NCBI GenBank assembly: GCA_041650935.1
Contig: JBAZKH010000005.1
Location: 1,574-65,573 of the forward strand
Reading direction: 5' to 3'
Length of the DNA: 64,000 nt
Source: Candidatus Omnitrophota bacterium
Lineage (GTDB): Bacteria > Omnitrophota > Gorgyraeia > 2-01-FULL-45-10
Shown here: positions 20,567-33,100 of the stretch, one piece after another
How the letters are laid out: each line of letters begins with the position of its first letter
Position numbering within the stretch: position 1 is the stretch's first letter
Position numbers and translations under genes: made by a program
The notes under the pieces: model-generated
Told to the model about the DNA's origin: nothing
Seen by the model: the letters and a program-made list of their open reading frames with translations, nothing else
Databases searched by the model: none

Positions 20567-20839
20567 TTAAGCGGCTGCGGCCGCGCGCTTTACCACTTCC
20601 ACGAGCCGCCACCTCTTCGTCTTCGACAGGGGCCTGGTCTCCTGTATCCTGACAGTATCCCCGGTCTTAGCGGTATTAGACTCATCGTGCGCTTTGAATT
20701 TCGTGGCCTTGTTGACATTTCGTTTGTATACCTGGTGGTGCGCAACCCTTTCGATACGCACCGTTATCGTTTTGTCCATCTTATCGCTTATTACAATGCC
20801 GATCCTCTCTTTGCGGTTGGCCCTCGTATTACTTTGCAT
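20567..20839 (-). CDS. rpsQ: 30S ribosomal protein S17
   Basis: 90 aa. Confidence 0.9.
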   Translation of the reverse strand: MQSNTRANRKERIGIVISDKMDKTITVRIERVAHHQVYKRNVNKATKFKAHDESNTAKTGDTVRIQETRPLSKTKRWRLVEVVKRAAAAA

Positions 20840-21068
20840 TGGTCTTCTCCGATTTGTCCTTCTGGCCCTTAGCAGCTTGTATATCTTTCTCTCTGATAAT
20901 CGTCTCGCACCTGGCCACGTCTTTCCTGACTTCGTTTATCCTGTGGGGCTTCTCTATCCTGCCCGCCCTTGCTTCTGTGCGCATATTATAGAGTTCCTTT
21001 TTCAACCCCTCTATCTTCAGCCGTATCTCGCCGGCCGTCATATTCCTTAACTCGTTCGCCTTAATCAT
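20829..21068 (-). CDS. rpmC: 50S ribosomal protein L29
   Basis: 79 aa. Confidence 0.88.
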   Translation of the reverse strand: MIKANELRNMTAGEIRLKIEGLKKELYNMRTEARAGRIEKPHRINEVRKDVARCETIIREKDIQAAKGQKDKSEKTNAK

Positions 21069-21484
21069 TAGCGCATCGTCCTTGTTATGAATTTAGTCCG
21101 CATAGGTATCTTGTGTGCCGCTATCCTCATACAATCCCTGGCAATCTCCGCCGGGACTCCGTCCATTTCGAATAGCACCTTACCTTTTTTTATAACGGCC
21201 ACCCAGTGGTCCGGCAAACCTTTGCCCTTACCCATCCTCGTTTCGGCCGGTTTCTTAGTAATAGGCTTGTCCGGAAATGCCCTTATCCATACTTTGCCGC
21301 CGCCTTTCAGGTTTCTCATTAACGCGACCCTCGCCGCCTCTATCTGCCTGTCGGTGAAATAGGCATTCTCGAGCGCCTTCAGCCCGAACTCGCCGAAAGC
21401 AAGAGTTGCGCCTTTAAAAGACGTGCCCAGCCGCCTGCCTCGCTGCGCCTTCCTGAACTTTACCCTCTTTGGCATTAAACCCAT
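21068..21484 (-). CDS. rplP: 50S ribosomal protein L16
   Basis: 138 aa. Confidence 0.93.
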   Translation of the reverse strand: MGLMPKRVKFRKAQRGRRLGTSFKGATLAFGEFGLKALENAYFTDRQIEAARVALMRNLKGGGKVWIRAFPDKPITKKPAETRMGKGKGLPDHWVAVIKKGKVLFEMDGVPAEIARDCMRIAAHKIPMRTKFITRTMR

Positions 21485-21499
21485 CTTATACCTCGCACC

Positions 21500-22165
21500 C
21501 TATTTCTTTTCTTCCGGCGTCTCTTCTTTGACCTTATCGAGGACCTTATCCCCTTTGTATATCCACACTTTTACGCCGATAAGACCGTAAGTCGTAAACG
21601 CCTCCGCGAAACCATAATCGACGTCTGCTCTCAGCGTCTGCGCCGGGATCGACCCGACACGGTAACTTTCACGCCGCGCTATTTCGGCGCCTCCTAGCCT
21701 GCCGGAACATATGATCTTGACTCCCTTGCCGCCGCTATCTAGCGCGGACTGAACGGCTTTCTTCATGGCCCTCTTGTGCGGTATGCGCTTCTCGATCTGG
21801 AAAGCAATGTTCTCCGCCACCAGTTGGGCATCTATATTGGCGTTCTTTATATCTTTTATATCTATGACGACCTCTTTGCCGGTTATAGAATGGAGCTCTT
21901 CTTTCAGTTTCTCGATCTCCGAACCGCGGCGCCCTATGATTATGCCGGGCCTTGCGGAGAATATAAGGACCCTGACCTTGTCGCTCGAACGCTCGATCTC
22001 TATCTTTGAAACCGCCGCCGTGGAGAGCGCCTTCTTTATAAACTTGCGTATCTTCACATCCTCCACCAGCATCCTCGGGAACTCATCTTTCTTGGCGAAC
22101 CACCGTGATTTCCAGTCGTAGATATATCCGACCCTAAAACCGTATGGATGTACTTTTTGACCCAT
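21500..22165 (-). CDS. rpsC: 30S ribosomal protein S3
   Basis: Start at MGQKVHPYGFR (Met35 of track ORF); track ORF extends to 22267 across rplV. Confidence 0.9.
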   Translation of the reverse strand: MGQKVHPYGFRVGYIYDWKSRWFAKKDEFPRMLVEDVKIRKFIKKALSTAAVSKIEIERSSDKVRVLIFSARPGIIIGRRGSEIEKLKEELHSITGKEVVIDIKDIKNANIDAQLVAENIAFQIEKRIPHKRAMKKAVQSALDSGGKGVKIICSGRLGGAEIARRESYRVGSIPAQTLRADVDYGFAEAFTTYGLIGVKVWIYKGDKVLDKVKEETPEEKK

Positions 22166-22169
22166 CTTC

Positions 22170-22634
22170 TTATTTACCCTTCTTGGTTGCGACCTTCTTC
22201 TTGCCGTCTCCCGGATGCCTATCTCTTGTCGTCTCTTTTTTAGGCGGTAATTTTGTCTTGGAAGCATCCCCGGCTTCAGGCATATCTTTGCCCGATTTTA
22301 CCTGCAGGTGATCGAGCTCAAGCGTAATATGGCTCGTCCTCTTCTTTATTAAGCTCGCCCGGCCCATCGATGCAGCCCGGAACCGTTTGAGCATCGGACC
22401 GCCATTGGCGATAAGATTAGATATGTAAAGGCTCGATGCGTCCACATTCTGCATGCGCTTCACGTTATTAAGCGCGCTCTTTATAAGGTCGATGCCGTAT
22501 CCCGACGCTTTCTTCTTCACACCGGTCAGGATAGCAATCGCCTCCTCCGGCCTCTTCCCCTTCACAAGCGGGATAATCTGCCTGAACTTTCTCGGCGTTA
22601 TCCGCACATATCTTAAAACTGCTCGCGTAACCAT
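22170..22634 (-). CDS. rplV: 50S ribosomal protein L22 (about 40-aa K-rich C-terminal extension)
   Basis: Start at MVTRAVLRYVRITPRK; track ORF extends to 22757 overlapping rpsS. Confidence 0.88.
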   Translation of the reverse strand: MVTRAVLRYVRITPRKFRQIIPLVKGKRPEEAIAILTGVKKKASGYGIDLIKSALNNVKRMQNVDASSLYISNLIANGGPMLKRFRAASMGRASLIKKRTSHITLELDHLQVKSGKDMPEAGDASKTKLPPKKETTRDRHPGDGKKKVATKKGK

Positions 22635-22683
22635 TATCTTCCTGTCTTTGCCTGACCGCTTAATCGCTCTTGCGCTTGGGCAA

Positions 22684-22968
22684 TTATGTCTTCTCCAGCG
22701 AAATCTCTGTTGCCGCGCCGTGTTTCTTAAACGTCCTTGTAGGCGCAAATTCTCCAACCTTGTGACCGACCATATTCTCGGTCACATAAACGGGCAGGAA
22801 CTTCCTGCCGTTGTATACCGACAGGGTCAGGCCCACAAATTCGGGAGTAATCGTCGATCTCCTCGCCCATGTCTTGATGGGCTTTTTGTCGCCTGCCTGA
22901 ACGGCTTTCTGCACTTTCATAAGGAGCTTTTCGTCGATAAACGGTCCCTTCTTGGTCGACCTTGACAT
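22684..22968 (-). CDS. rpsS: 30S ribosomal protein S19
   Basis: 94 aa. Confidence 0.93.
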   Translation of the reverse strand: MSRSTKKGPFIDEKLLMKVQKAVQAGDKKPIKTWARRSTITPEFVGLTLSVYNGRKFLPVYVTENMVGHKVGEFAPTRTFKKHGAATEISLEKT

Positions 22969-22969
22969 T

Positions 22970-23791
22970 CTATTTTCTCCTCTTCATTATATACTTATCG
23001 GAATGTTTCTTCTTACGCGTCTTCAGGCCTTTCGCATACTGTCCCCACGGTGACCTTGGCAGACCGCCGGACGCTTTACCTTCTCCGCCGCCCATTGGAT
23101 GGTCATGCGGGTTCTTCGCAACACCTCTGGAATACGGCCTCAACCCCATCCAGCGCGACCTGCCCGCTTTTCCTATAGAAATGGTTTCGTGTTCGATATT
23201 CCCGACCTGCCCGATTGTCGCCATACATTCTACATTGATCTGCCTTATCTCGCCGCTGGGAAGTTTGACCTGGGCATAATCACCTTCTTTGGCCATTATG
23301 ATACATGAATTACCGGCCGAACGCGCTATCGTGGCGCCGCTCCCTTTCCGGAGTTCAACATTATGGATAGGTATGCCGGCCGGGATGTTCGCCAATGTCG
23401 TCGCGTTCCCCGTCTTTATTTCGGCTGTCTTGCTCGATATCACCTCATCATTTACCGCAAGCCCTACAGGCGCTATGATGTAGCGCCTCTCTCTATCGGA
23501 ATATTCGACCAGCGCCAATCTCGGCGCCCTGTTCGGATCATATTCTATCGCAATAACCTTGCCGGGGACATCCAGCTTATCGCGCTTGAAATCGATAAGC
23601 CTAAGCATCCTCTTGTGACCGCCGCCGCGATGGCGCGATGTAATGCGGCCCCTGTTATTCCGGCCGCCGGACTTACGAAGCGCAACCAGGAGATTTTTCT
23701 CCGGCCTGGATTTGGTAAGCTCTTCAAAATCCGATATCGCCGCCCATCGCAAGCCTGGTGTTGTTGGTCTGAATTTTTTTATTCCCATCAT
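22970..23791 (-). CDS. rplB: 50S ribosomal protein L2
   Basis: 273 aa. Confidence 0.93.
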   Translation of the reverse strand: MMGIKKFRPTTPGLRWAAISDFEELTKSRPEKNLLVALRKSGGRNNRGRITSRHRGGGHKRMLRLIDFKRDKLDVPGKVIAIEYDPNRAPRLALVEYSDRERRYIIAPVGLAVNDEVISSKTAEIKTGNATTLANIPAGIPIHNVELRKGSGATIARSAGNSCIIMAKEGDYAQVKLPSGEIRQINVECMATIGQVGNIEHETISIGKAGRSRWMGLRPYSRGVAKNPHDHPMGGGEGKASGGLPRSPWGQYAKGLKTRKKKHSDKYIMKRRK

Positions 23792-23836
23792 TTCCTCTTT
23801 TGACCTAACCGCTTAATTGCAAAAGCGATTAGGCGA

Positions 23837-24115
23837 TTACGCAACGTCTATCTTACTGCCTTCTTTTAAGGTCACAACCGCTTTCTTCCAGTCGGACGTC
23901 TTCCCGACGGCGTACCTGACCCTTTTCAATTTTCCTCTCATCGTAATCGTGTTGACACTATCCACCTTTACCTTGTAGATATCCTCAATGGCCTTGCCGA
24001 TCTCGATCTTATTAGAATCCCGGCCGACCCAGAAAAGATATTTATTGAGCGGCATAAGGTTAGCGCCCTTCTCGGTCCTGATCATGCCTTTTACTACGTC
24101 GTGGGGGTTCTTCAT
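23837..24115 (-). CDS. rplW: 50S ribosomal protein L23
   Basis: 92 aa. Confidence 0.9.
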   Translation of the reverse strand: MKNPHDVVKGMIRTEKGANLMPLNKYLFWVGRDSNKIEIGKAIEDIYKVKVDSVNTITMRGKLKRVRYAVGKTSDWKKAVVTLKEGSKIDVA

Positions 24116-24121
24116 ATAATA

Positions 24122-24841
24122 TTAATCCTTGAACCTTTCCGGTAATTTTTGCAATGCCGACTTGGAGATCACTACGTTGTCGCATTTCAGTATATCGATC
24201 GTGTTAAAATCCTTATAGTTCTTTACCGAAACCTCCTGGAGGTTCCTCGAAGCGGTCTTGACTTTGTCGTCGATCGATTCCAGAACAAAGAGGCTCTTGC
24301 CTTTAAGCTTCAACGCATCTAATATAGCCTTGAATCTTTTTGTCTTCGGTTCGGCGATATCCACGCTGCTTATTCCCAGCACCTTTTCCTCGTTCAATTT
24401 CGAATTCAGACATGATAGAAACGCGGCTCTCTTCATCTTCCTGGGAATATCCCGATGGAAATCTCTCGGTTGCGGGCCGAATGTCGTACCGCCATGGCGC
24501 CAGAGAGGCGATCTTGTTGAGCCCGCCCTTGCGCGGCCGGTACCCTTCTGTCTAAACGGTTTCTTACCGCCGCCGGAGACATCACCACGCGTCTTTGTCA
24601 CGGCGTTGCCGTGTCTCTGGTTCGAATTATATATTACAACGGCCTGATAGAGCACTTCCTTATTGACCGTGCCGTCGAATAGCTCCTTGTCAAGTATCAG
24701 ATGCTCCACTTCTTTACCGCTCATGTCGTATATAGGAACGGAAAACCCTATCTCTCCCCTTGCTCCGGACTTAGCGGTCTTTGCCTTATCGATACTCGCT
24801 TTGATATTTTTTGCTCTAACTTTTCTTGGATTCTCTCTCAT
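24122..24841 (-). CDS. rplD: 50S ribosomal protein L4 (possible about 38-aa N-terminal extension; alternative start at 24724)
   Basis: ATG at 24841 lies 9 nt after rplC stop; homology core starts near Met40. Confidence 0.85.
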   Translation of the reverse strand: MRENPRKVRAKNIKASIDKAKTAKSGARGEIGFSVPIYDMSGKEVEHLILDKELFDGTVNKEVLYQAVVIYNSNQRHGNAVTKTRGDVSGGGKKPFRQKGTGRARAGSTRSPLWRHGGTTFGPQPRDFHRDIPRKMKRAAFLSCLNSKLNEEKVLGISSVDIAEPKTKRFKAILDALKLKGKSLFVLESIDDKVKTASRNLQEVSVKNYKDFNTIDILKCDNVVISKSALQKLPERFKD

Positions 24842-24850
24842 CTCTATTCT

Positions 24851-25555
24851 CTATTTCTTTTTTGCGGCCGCGGCCTTAACGCTCTTCTTTGAAACCGGCT
24901 GGACTATCTTGCGCCTCACAAAACCCTTCGGCCGTTTATTTGCTTCCTTTACGATAAGGAAACTGTTCTTATGCCCCGGCACACTGCCCTTTACAACGAT
25001 AAGATTGTTTGCCTTATCGACTTCTATAATCTCCAAATTCTGTACGGTTATCCTATCCGTCCCCATATGCCCTGGCAGATGGTGCCCTTTAGTAACGCGC
25101 CCCAGCCTTGCGCCCGACTGTATCGAGCCCACCGCCCTGTGGAACATAGAACCGTGTCCGGCATCACCGCCGGTCCAGTTCCATCTCCTGACACCGCCCT
25201 GAAACCCTCTGCCTATAGAGGTTCCGGTCACGTCGACAAAATCGCCCTTTGCGAATATATCAGCTTCTATCTTCTGCCCGACCTTATACTGCGTGGTATC
25301 GGCCACGCGTATCTCTTTTACAAATCTTGCGGCACCGACACCGGCTTTTTTAAAGTGCCCTTTAGCCGGGTTGTTGACAAGTTTATCTCTTTTCGTGCCA
25401 AAACCAACCTGAACAGCGCCGTACCCATCATTCTCTTTGGTCTTTACCTGCACGACCAGACACGGTCCGGCCTCGATGAGAGTAACCGGCACTATATGTC
25501 CAGCCTCGTTATAAATATTCGTCATCCCCAGTTTTTTACCTAGTATGCCTATCAT
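24851..25555 (-). CDS. rplC: 50S ribosomal protein L3
   Basis: 234 aa, ends AAAAKKK. Confidence 0.92.
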   Translation of the reverse strand: MIGILGKKLGMTNIYNEAGHIVPVTLIEAGPCLVVQVKTKENDGYGAVQVGFGTKRDKLVNNPAKGHFKKAGVGAARFVKEIRVADTTQYKVGQKIEADIFAKGDFVDVTGTSIGRGFQGGVRRWNWTGGDAGHGSMFHRAVGSIQSGARLGRVTKGHHLPGHMGTDRITVQNLEIIEVDKANNLIVVKGSVPGHKNSFLIVKEANKRPKGFVRRKIVQPVSKKSVKAAAAKKK

Positions 25556-25556
25556 T

Positions 25557-25871
25557 CTACTTTATCTCCACATAAACACCGGCGGGGAGATCCAGCTTTT
25601 TAAGCGCATCGATCGTCTTGGAAGTCGGATTGATAATATCGAGTATGCGCTTATGTGTCTTTATCTGGAACTGATCCCGTGATTTCTTATCGACGTGCGG
25701 CGATCTTAATACCGTAAATATCTCGCGTTTCGTCGGAAGAGGCACGGGACCCGCTATGTCAGCGCCGGTCTTCTTTGCCGTCTCAACTATTTCCTGGGCC
25801 GAAAGGTCCAATAGCCTATGATCGTAAGCTATCAATTTGATCCGTATCTTTTGAGGGGCTTGCTGTGCCAT
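25557..25871 (-). CDS. rpsJ: 30S ribosomal protein S10
   Basis: Start at [13 protein letters not shown]; track ORF extends to 25931. Confidence 0.9.
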   Translation of the reverse strand: MAQQAPQKIRIKLIAYDHRLLDLSAQEIVETAKKTGADIAGPVPLPTKREIFTVLRSPHVDKKSRDQFQIKTHKRILDIINPTSKTIDALKKLDLPAGVYVEIK

Positions 25872-27148
25872 TTTTTCGTCTTTCGTCGTTTTCTTTCGTT
25901 GTGCGTTGTTAGCTGCGCGTTGATCGAACAACGCGCACCGGGCAACTATTCTATAACTTCGGTCACTACCCCTGCGCCAACGGTATGTCCGCCTTCACGT
26001 ATCGCGAACCTTAACTCTTTCTCCATGGCTATGGGGGTAATCAAGACTACTTCGAACTGGACGTTATCGCCGGGCATTACCATCTCCACGTCTTTAGGGA
26101 GGGTAACGACTCCGGTAACGTCTGTGGTCCTGAAGTAGAACTGGGGTCTATATCCGTTGAAGAAGGGCGTATGACGGCCGCCTTCTTCTTTGCTCAGGAT
26201 GTATACTTCCGCTTTGAACTTGGTATGGGGCGTGATCGATCCGGGCTTTGCCAGGACCTGGCCGCGCTCTAAGTCTGTCTTTTCAATACCTCTTAACAGG
26301 ACGCCGATATTGTCTCCGGCCTGTCCTGAGTCGAGGAGCTTCCTGAACATCTCAACACCTGTAACAACGCTCTTTTTAGTGGGTTTTATACCGACTATCT
26401 CTATCTCCTCGCCTACTTTTATCTGACCGCGCTCGACCCTGCCTGTTCCTACCGTGCCGCGTCCTGTTATGGAGAATACGTCTTCTATAGGCATAAGGAA
26501 AGGCTTATCGAGGGCTCTCTGGGGCTCGGGGATGAAGGTATCGCATGCATCCATGAGGTCGAATATGGGCTTTACGGCATCGGCCGCATCCGGCTGTGTC
26601 ATCGCCTTCAACGCGCTTCCTCTTATTACAGGGGTCTTATCTCCTGCGAATTTATACTTTGTGAGGAGCTCTCTTACTTCGAGCTCAACTAAGTCTACAA
26701 GCTCTTTATCTTCTACCAGATCTACCTTGTTTAAGAATACCACGATCGATGGGACGTTAACCTGGCGGGCCAGGAGGATATGCTCACGGGTCTGGGGCAT
26801 CGGGCCGTCTACGGCGCTTACTACGAGTATTGCCCCGTCCATCTGGGCGGCTCCGGTTATCATATTCTTGATGTAGTCGGCGTGTCCCGGGCAGTCTATA
26901 TGGGCGTAATGGCGCTTGTCCGTCTCGTACTCTACGTGGGCTACCGCTATCGTGACGGTCTTGGTTTCATCTCTTACGGTACCGCCCTTGGCGATATCGG
27001 CGTAGGACTTTACCTGCGCTTTGCCTTTCTTGGCAAGAGTAGCGAGTATCGCTGCTGTAAGAGTAGTCTTACCGTGGTCGATGTGGCCTATGGTGCCTAT
27101 ATTGACATGCGGCTTACTTCTTACAAACGTTTCCTTTGCCATAAATTT
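25866..27148 (-). repeat. Duplicated segment: tuf copy 1 plus about 65 nt 3' flank with hairpin GCGCGTTG-ATCGAA-CAACGCGC
   Basis: Identical to 41468-42728 apart from one synonymous substitution seen near the 5' end and an indel at the 3' border. Confidence 0.85.
25946..27142 (-). CDS. tuf: Elongation factor Tu (copy 1)
   Basis: 398 aa GHVDHGKT...; AGGAGA SD. Confidence 0.95.
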   Translation of the reverse strand: MAKETFVRSKPHVNIGTIGHIDHGKTTLTAAILATLAKKGKAQVKSYADIAKGGTVRDETKTVTIAVAHVEYETDKRHYAHIDCPGHADYIKNMITGAAQMDGAILVVSAVDGPMPQTREHILLARQVNVPSIVVFLNKVDLVEDKELVDLVELEVRELLTKYKFAGDKTPVIRGSALKAMTQPDAADAVKPIFDLMDACDTFIPEPQRALDKPFLMPIEDVFSITGRGTVGTGRVERGQIKVGEEIEIVGIKPTKKSVVTGVEMFRKLLDSGQAGDNIGVLLRGIEKTDLERGQVLAKPGSITPHTKFKAEVYILSKEEGGRHTPFFNGYRPQFYFRTTDVTGVVTLPKDVEMVMPGDNVQFEVVLITPIAMEKELRFAIREGGHTVGAGVVTEVIE

Positions 27149-27157
27149 TCTCCTGTT

Positions 27158-29290
27158 TTATTTTTCTTTTCTCGTATTCTGTCTTCCGCTTAATTCAACT
27201 ATCTTCTCCGCTATATTCTTGGGCACTTCCTGATAAAAGGAAGGCTCCATCGTATACGACGCCCGGCCCTGTGTAAGACTTCGCAGATTAGTCGCATAAC
27301 CAAACATCTCGCTTAATGGGGCTAGTCCCTTAATAGCCTTTATCCCGGGCCTGTCCTCGATAGCTTCGATCTTGACCCTGCGCGAGCTTAAATCACCGAT
27401 AACCTCACCCATGTAATTTTCAGGAGTCGTCACTTCCAGGTTCATGATCGGCTCGAGCAATACCGAACCACCGCTCCTCAATGCATCGTTGAGCGCAATC
27501 GAAGCCGCCATCTGGAAAGCGATATCCGATGAATCTACTTCGTGGAACGATCCATCGACAAGTTTAACATCGATGTCGGTAACGGGATAGCCTGCAAGAC
27601 AACCGTTCTGGGCGGCATCTTTGACACCGTCTTCCACCGACGGAATGTATTCCCTCGGAATGGAACCGCCTATTATCTTCGATTCAAAGAGTATGCCTGC
27701 CCCTTTTTGCGCCGGCGCAACATCCATAACGACATGGCCGTACTGCCCCCTTCCGCCGGACTGCTGTATAAACTTTCCTACGGAACGCGTCTGGCGGGTA
27801 ATAGTCTCTTTGTACGCAACCTGCGGTTTATCGACATTCGCGGCAACGTTAAATTCCCTCAGCATCCTGTCCACTATTATCTCCAGGTGAAGCTCGCCCA
27901 TTCCGCTTATGATCGTCTGCCCCGTCTCCTTATTATAATTAACTTTGAACGTGGGATCTTCCTCTGCAAGTTTATGCATAGCCATGCCCAGCTTTTCCTG
28001 GTCCGCCTTAGTTTTTGGCTCGATGGCCATAGAGATAACAGGCTCCGGGAAGTGCATTGATTCGAGGATTATCTGGTTATCGAGGTCGCATATAGTATGA
28101 CCTGTCGTCGTCTCTTTTAATCCGACGACTGCTATAATATCGCCTGCCTGCGCCTTTTCTATAATCTCCTGCTTATTGGCATGCATCCTCAGTATCTTGC
28201 CTATGCGCTCTTCTTTTCCTTTGGTAGAATTTAAAATGGTGTCTCCCGCTTTCAGTTCGCCGGAATAGACTCTCACATACGCCAGTTTCCCAACGAACGG
28301 ATCCGATTTTATCTTAAAAACCAAACCACAGAATTTATCCGCTTCCGAATGCGTCCTTATAATTTCCGCATCGGTCTCCGGGTCTATGCCTTTGACCGGC
28401 GCTATATCGAGAGGAGACGGCAGATAATCGGTTATCGCATCGAGAAGCGGCTGTATACCCTTGTTCTTTGCCGACGCCCCGCATAGAACCGGGATTATTT
28501 TGCCGGCAATAGCAGCCCTTCTTATCACTTCCCGCACCTCGCGCGGATAGAGCCCTTTTTCATGGACATATTTATCCATTACGGTCTCGTCGACCTCGCC
28601 CAACTTTTCTATCAAGTCATGCCGGTACTGGCTGGCAAGCTTCTTCATATCGGCCGGTATGTCGGTAATTTCAAACGCGCCCTTCTCGAGCTCTTCTTTA
28701 TAAATTATGGCCTTCATATCTATAAGATCGATTGCGCCTTGATAGTTGCCTTCTGAGCCTATCGGTATCTGTACAGGGAGGGGATTCGCCCCAAGACGCG
28801 TATGCATATCTTCGACAACTTTAAAGAAGTTGGCTCCCGTCCTATCCATCTTATTTATAAACGCTATGCGCGGGACTTTATATTTATCGGCCTGACGCCA
28901 CACGGTCTCCGACTGCGGCTGTACACCTCCAACCGCGCACAATACTATCACCGCGCCGTCAAGAACCTTGAGCGATCTTTCGACTTCAACGGTAAAATCG
29001 ACGTGGCCGGGCGTATCGATAATATTTATATCCCTGTCCTTCCAGTGACATGCGGTGGCGGCGCTCGTGATCGTAATGCCGCGCTCCTGCTCCTGGACCA
29101 TCCAGTCCATTACAGCCGTACCCTCGTCTACGGTACCGATCTTATAAAGCTTCCCCGTAAAGAAGAGTATGCGCTCCGTCGTGGTAGTTTTACCGGCGTC
29201 GATATGCGCGATTATACCTATATTCCGTATCTTTTCCATTCTTGAATTCGTAGTCATCTGAATATTATCTAAGACTCTCGTCTCTTCCAT
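27158..29290 (-). CDS. fusA: Elongation factor G
   Basis: '[14 protein letters not shown]'; start ambiguous (ATG 29290 MEETR.. or ATG 29257 MTTNSR..; track ORF starts at a TTG at 29311). Confidence 0.9.
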   Translation of the reverse strand: MEETRVLDNIQMTTNSRMEKIRNIGIIAHIDAGKTTTTERILFFTGKLYKIGTVDEGTAVMDWMVQEQERGITITSAATACHWKDRDINIIDTPGHVDFTVEVERSLKVLDGAVIVLCAVGGVQPQSETVWRQADKYKVPRIAFINKMDRTGANFFKVVEDMHTRLGANPLPVQIPIGSEGNYQGAIDLIDMKAIIYKEELEKGAFEITDIPADMKKLASQYRHDLIEKLGEVDETVMDKYVHEKGLYPREVREVIRRAAIAGKIIPVLCGASAKNKGIQPLLDAITDYLPSPLDIAPVKGIDPETDAEIIRTHSEADKFCGLVFKIKSDPFVGKLAYVRVYSGELKAGDTILNSTKGKEERIGKILRMHANKQEIIEKAQAGDIIAVVGLKETTTGHTICDLDNQIILESMHFPEPVISMAIEPKTKADQEKLGMAMHKLAEEDPTFKVNYNKETGQTIISGMGELHLEIIVDRMLREFNVAANVDKPQVAYKETITRQTRSVGKFIQQSGGRGQYGHVVMDVAPAQKGAGILFESKIIGGSIPREYIPSVEDGVKDAAQNGCLAGYPVTDIDVKLVDGSFHEVDSSDIAFQMAASIALNDALRSGGSVLLEPIMNLEVTTPENYMGEVIGDLSSRRVKIEAIEDRPGIKAIKGLAPLSEMFGYATNLRSLTQGRASYTMEPSFYQEVPKNIAEKIVELSGRQNTRKEK

Positions 29291-29335
29291 TTTATTTCTT
29301 TTTTCGAACAACGAAAAACGAACAACGGTTTTTAC

Positions 29336-29803
29336 CTACCATCTGTAATGAGCGAATGCTTTGTTCGCTTCCGCCATCTTATGGGTATCTTCTTTCTTTT
29401 TTATCGCCGAACCTTCTCCTTTAAATGCGTCGAAGAGTTCGTCTGCAAGTTTTATCTCCATCGGCTTCCCTTTTTTGGCCCTGGCAAAATTTCTTATCCA
29501 TCTCATAGCGATAGAAATCCCGCGCTCCTGCCTTACCTCGATGGGAACCTGATAAGTCGCGCCGCCTATCCTCCTCGGCTTGATTTCAAGGAGCGGCCTC
29601 GCATTATCCAGCGCCTTCTGGAAGGCCTCTAATGCGGGTTTACCGGTCTTCTCGGCTAATATCTCAAAACTCTTATAGACTATCCTTTCAGCCACCGCCT
29701 TCTTTCCTTCTTTCATTACAACATTTATAAACCTCGAAACGGTAGCGCTCTTATATTTCGGATCCTGTACTACGCTTCTCTTATCCGCTCTTCGTCTTCT
29801 CAT
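29336..29803 (-). CDS. rpsG: 30S ribosomal protein S7
   Basis: 155 aa. Confidence 0.93.
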   Translation of the reverse strand: MRRRRADKRSVVQDPKYKSATVSRFINVVMKEGKKAVAERIVYKSFEILAEKTGKPALEAFQKALDNARPLLEIKPRRIGGATYQVPIEVRQERGISIAMRWIRNFARAKKGKPMEIKLADELFDAFKGEGSAIKKKEDTHKMAEANKAFAHYRW

Positions 29804-30189
29804 TTTGCAGCTGCTTTCTCCTTAGGTTTCTTCGCACCGTATTTCGATCTGGATATCTTTCTGTCCACAACTCCGGCCGTATCAAGAACTCCCCTTACGA
29901 TATGATAGCGTACGCCCGGCAGATCCTTTACCCTGCCGCCCCTGACCAGGACTATGGAGTGCTCCTGCAAATTATGCCCGACACCCGGTATATAGGAGGT
30001 AACCTCAACGGCGTTTGTGAGCCTGACCCTTGCCACTTTCCTTAGAGCCGAATTCGGCTTCTTTGGCGTCTGGGTCTTTACCTGCAAGCAGACACCTCTC
30101 CTCTGGGGGCAGCCCTTTAACGCAGGCGACTTACTTCTGTTCTTGAATTTTTCCCTGCCTAATCTTATCAATTGGTTGATTGTCGGCAT
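29800..30189 (-). CDS. rpsL: 30S ribosomal protein S12
   Basis: 129 aa. Confidence 0.95.
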   Translation of the reverse strand: MPTINQLIRLGREKFKNRSKSPALKGCPQRRGVCLQVKTQTPKKPNSALRKVARVRLTNAVEVTSYIPGVGHNLQEHSIVLVRGGRVKDLPGVRYHIVRGVLDTAGVVDRKISRSKYGAKKPKEKAAAK

Positions 30190-30192
30190 ATT

Positions 30193-33100
30193 TTATACGA
30201 CTTCCTTTTTTTCGGTCTCCGCTTTCTTCTCGACCGTCTCTTTTTTGACCTCGTCTAGGACATGTTTCACGATGGAGATGTTCCTGTGAGCATTGAACCC
30301 TGTGCCCGCCGGTATGAGATGTCCCATAATAATATTTTCTTTAAGTCCGCGCAGGAAATCCGTCTTGCCGCTTGCGGCAGCCTCGGTCAGCACCCTTGTC
30401 GTCTCCTGGAAACTGGCGGCGGATATGAAACTCTCCGTATTAAGGGATGCCTTAGTAATACCCAGAAGTATCGGCGTAGCGCTCGCTGCTTTATCTTTTT
30501 TCTTTACTACGCGCTTATTTTCTTCGATAAATACCATCTTATCGACCTGCTGGCCAAGGAGGAATGACGTATCGCCCGGATCTTCGATCCTCATCTTGCG
30601 CAGCATCTGCCTTACGATAGTCTCGATATGCTTATCGTTTATATTGACACCCTGGAGCCTGTAGACTTCCTGCACTTCATTTACCAGATATTCCTGCAGC
30701 TTCTTGTCGCCGGAAATCCTCAGGATATCCTGGAGGACGACCGGCCCGTCGACCAGCTGCTGGCCGGCCAGGACTTTATCGCCTTTGTAGAAGTTGAGGT
30801 GCTTGCCGTGCGGTATAACGTACTCTTTCTTCATCCCTGTAGACGATTTGACTATGACCCTCTTCTGCCCTTTTTTGGACTCGCCGAATTCTACTATACC
30901 ATCGATCTCGCTTATAATAGCCGGATCCTTCGGCCGCCTGGCCTCGAACAGTTCCGCGACCCTAGGCAAGCCTCCGGTTATATCCTTGGTCTTAGAGAAT
31001 ACCCTCGGCGTCTTGGCCAGGACATCGCCGGCAGAAACGGTCTTGCCGTCCATAACTACTATATGCGCGCCTGCCGGAATTGGATAGATGGCCGCAACCT
31101 CGTCTTCTTTTCCCAGCATGATTATCTGCGGATGGTAATCGCCTTTATGCTCGACTATGACCCTATTCTTCAATTTGGTCGCCGGGTCGAGCTCTTCCTT
31201 CATAGTAATGCCTTCTTTTATATCCTCGAATTTTATTTTTCCGGAGACATCGGTAAGTATGGGAACGGTGTACGGATCCCATTTCACGAATATCGTACCG
31301 GCCTCGACCGTCTTTCCGTCTTCACCGCGTATCATCGCGCCCTGCGGGACGGTATGGCGCTCAAGTTCCCGGCCCTGCGGATCATTGATACTTATCTGGC
31401 CGTTCCTGTTCAGGACGACAAACTCGCCCTCTTTTTTAGTCGCAACCACTTTAAGGCTGTGATACTTAACGGCTCCTTTATTTTTCGACTCTAAATACGA
31501 TTGTTCGACGATCCTCGACGCCGTTCCTCCGATATGGAACGTTCTCATTGTAAGCTGTGTTCCCGGCTCGCCTATCGACTGCGCCGCTATGATTCCGACG
31601 GCCTCGCCCAATTCCACCATCCTGTTCGTCGCGAGATTGCGGCCGTAGCATGCCGCGCAGCAGCCGTGCCTGGCCTCGCAGGTCAGCACACTGCGGATCC
31701 TGATCTTCTCGATACCGGCTTCCTCTATCTGCTTAGCCTTCTCTTCCGTGATCTCCGAACCGGCTTCAACGAGAACAGTGTCCGTAATAACGTCGACTAT
31801 ATTGTCGAGAGCAACCCTGCCTATAATACGCTCGGAAAGCTTTACCACAACTTCGTCACCCTCTATGATGGCGCTGATGAGGATACCGTTAAGCGTACCG
31901 CAATCTTCGGTGCTTACTATGACATCCTGCGCGACGTCCACAAGCCTTCTTGTAAGGTACCCGGAATCGGCTGTCTTCAGCGCCGTATCGGCCAGGCCCT
32001 TTCGCGCGCCATGAGTAGATATGAAGTATTCGAGGACCGTCAGCCCTTCGCGGAAATTTGCCGTAATGGGCGTCTCGATGATCTCCCCGGACGGCTTGGC
32101 CATAAGACCGCGCATACCGGCCAACTGGCGGATCTGCAATTTCGAACCGCGGGCGCCGGAATCGGCCATCATGAATATGGGATTAAAAGAATCGAGTTCT
32201 TTGAATATAAGGTCGGATACGTCGTCGGTGGTATGCGTCCAGAGGTCTATTATTTTATTATAACGTTCTCTGTCGGTTATGAGACCTCTCTTATACTGTT
32301 CATCGACATGTTTTACGTCTGCTATAGTTCTCTGCAGGTATTCGTTTTTCGCTGCGGGTATCTTAAGATCATCGACCGAAATGGAAAGCCCCGCCTTTGT
32401 CGCTTCTTCGAAACCGGCGCGTTTCAATTCATCGAGCAATTTTACAACGCTCAAGTGGCCTTTTAATTTGTAACACCTGTATATGGTCTTGCCGAGCTTC
32501 GACTTGCTCATCGTCTCGTTGACATAGCCTACGTCTTTAGGAAGCAGCTGGTTAAAGAAGACCCTTCCAACCGTAGTCTCTATCAACTTCTCATCGATAA
32601 CAACTTTGATCTTCGCGTGAAGCTCGATCTCCTGGTCTTCGTATGCTATACGCACCTCTTCGGGTGAGCTGAAACTCTTGCCTTCGCCCTTGGCGCCGGG
32701 ACGTTCTTTGGTCAGGTAGTAACAACCGAGGACTATGTCCTGCGTCGGGCTTGTTATAGGCCTGCCATCGGCGGGCGAGAATATGTTGTTGGCCGACATC
32801 ATAAGTATCTTGCATTCGGTCTGTGCTTCAACCGAAAGCGGCACGTGGACAGCCATCTGGTCGCCATCGAAATCCGCGTTGAAGGCCGTGCAGACCAGAG
32901 GGTGTATGCGGATAGCGTTCCCCTCGATCAATATGGGCTGGAAGGCCTGGATGCCGAGCCTATGCAAAGTCGGCGCCCTATTCAGCATAACCGGATGGTC
33001 CTTGATTACGTCGTCGAGTATATCCCACACCTCGAGTTTGGCTTTTTCAACCATCTTCTTGGCGCTCTTTATTGTATGTACAAAGCCTTTCTCTTTAAGC

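Noticed and set aside
24724-24841. Alternative internal start for rplD (Met40)
   Set aside because: The upstream ATG at 24841 sits 9 nt after the rplC stop in the operon context, whereas the internal Met has a poorly spaced SD. Both are noted, and the longer ORF is kept.
25905-25926. Hairpin GCGCGTTG-ATCGAA-CAACGCGC after tuf as intrinsic terminator
   Set aside because: There is no U-tract after the stem on the minus transcript. It is more likely a processing, attenuation or protein-binding structure. It is reported under the tuf duplication instead.
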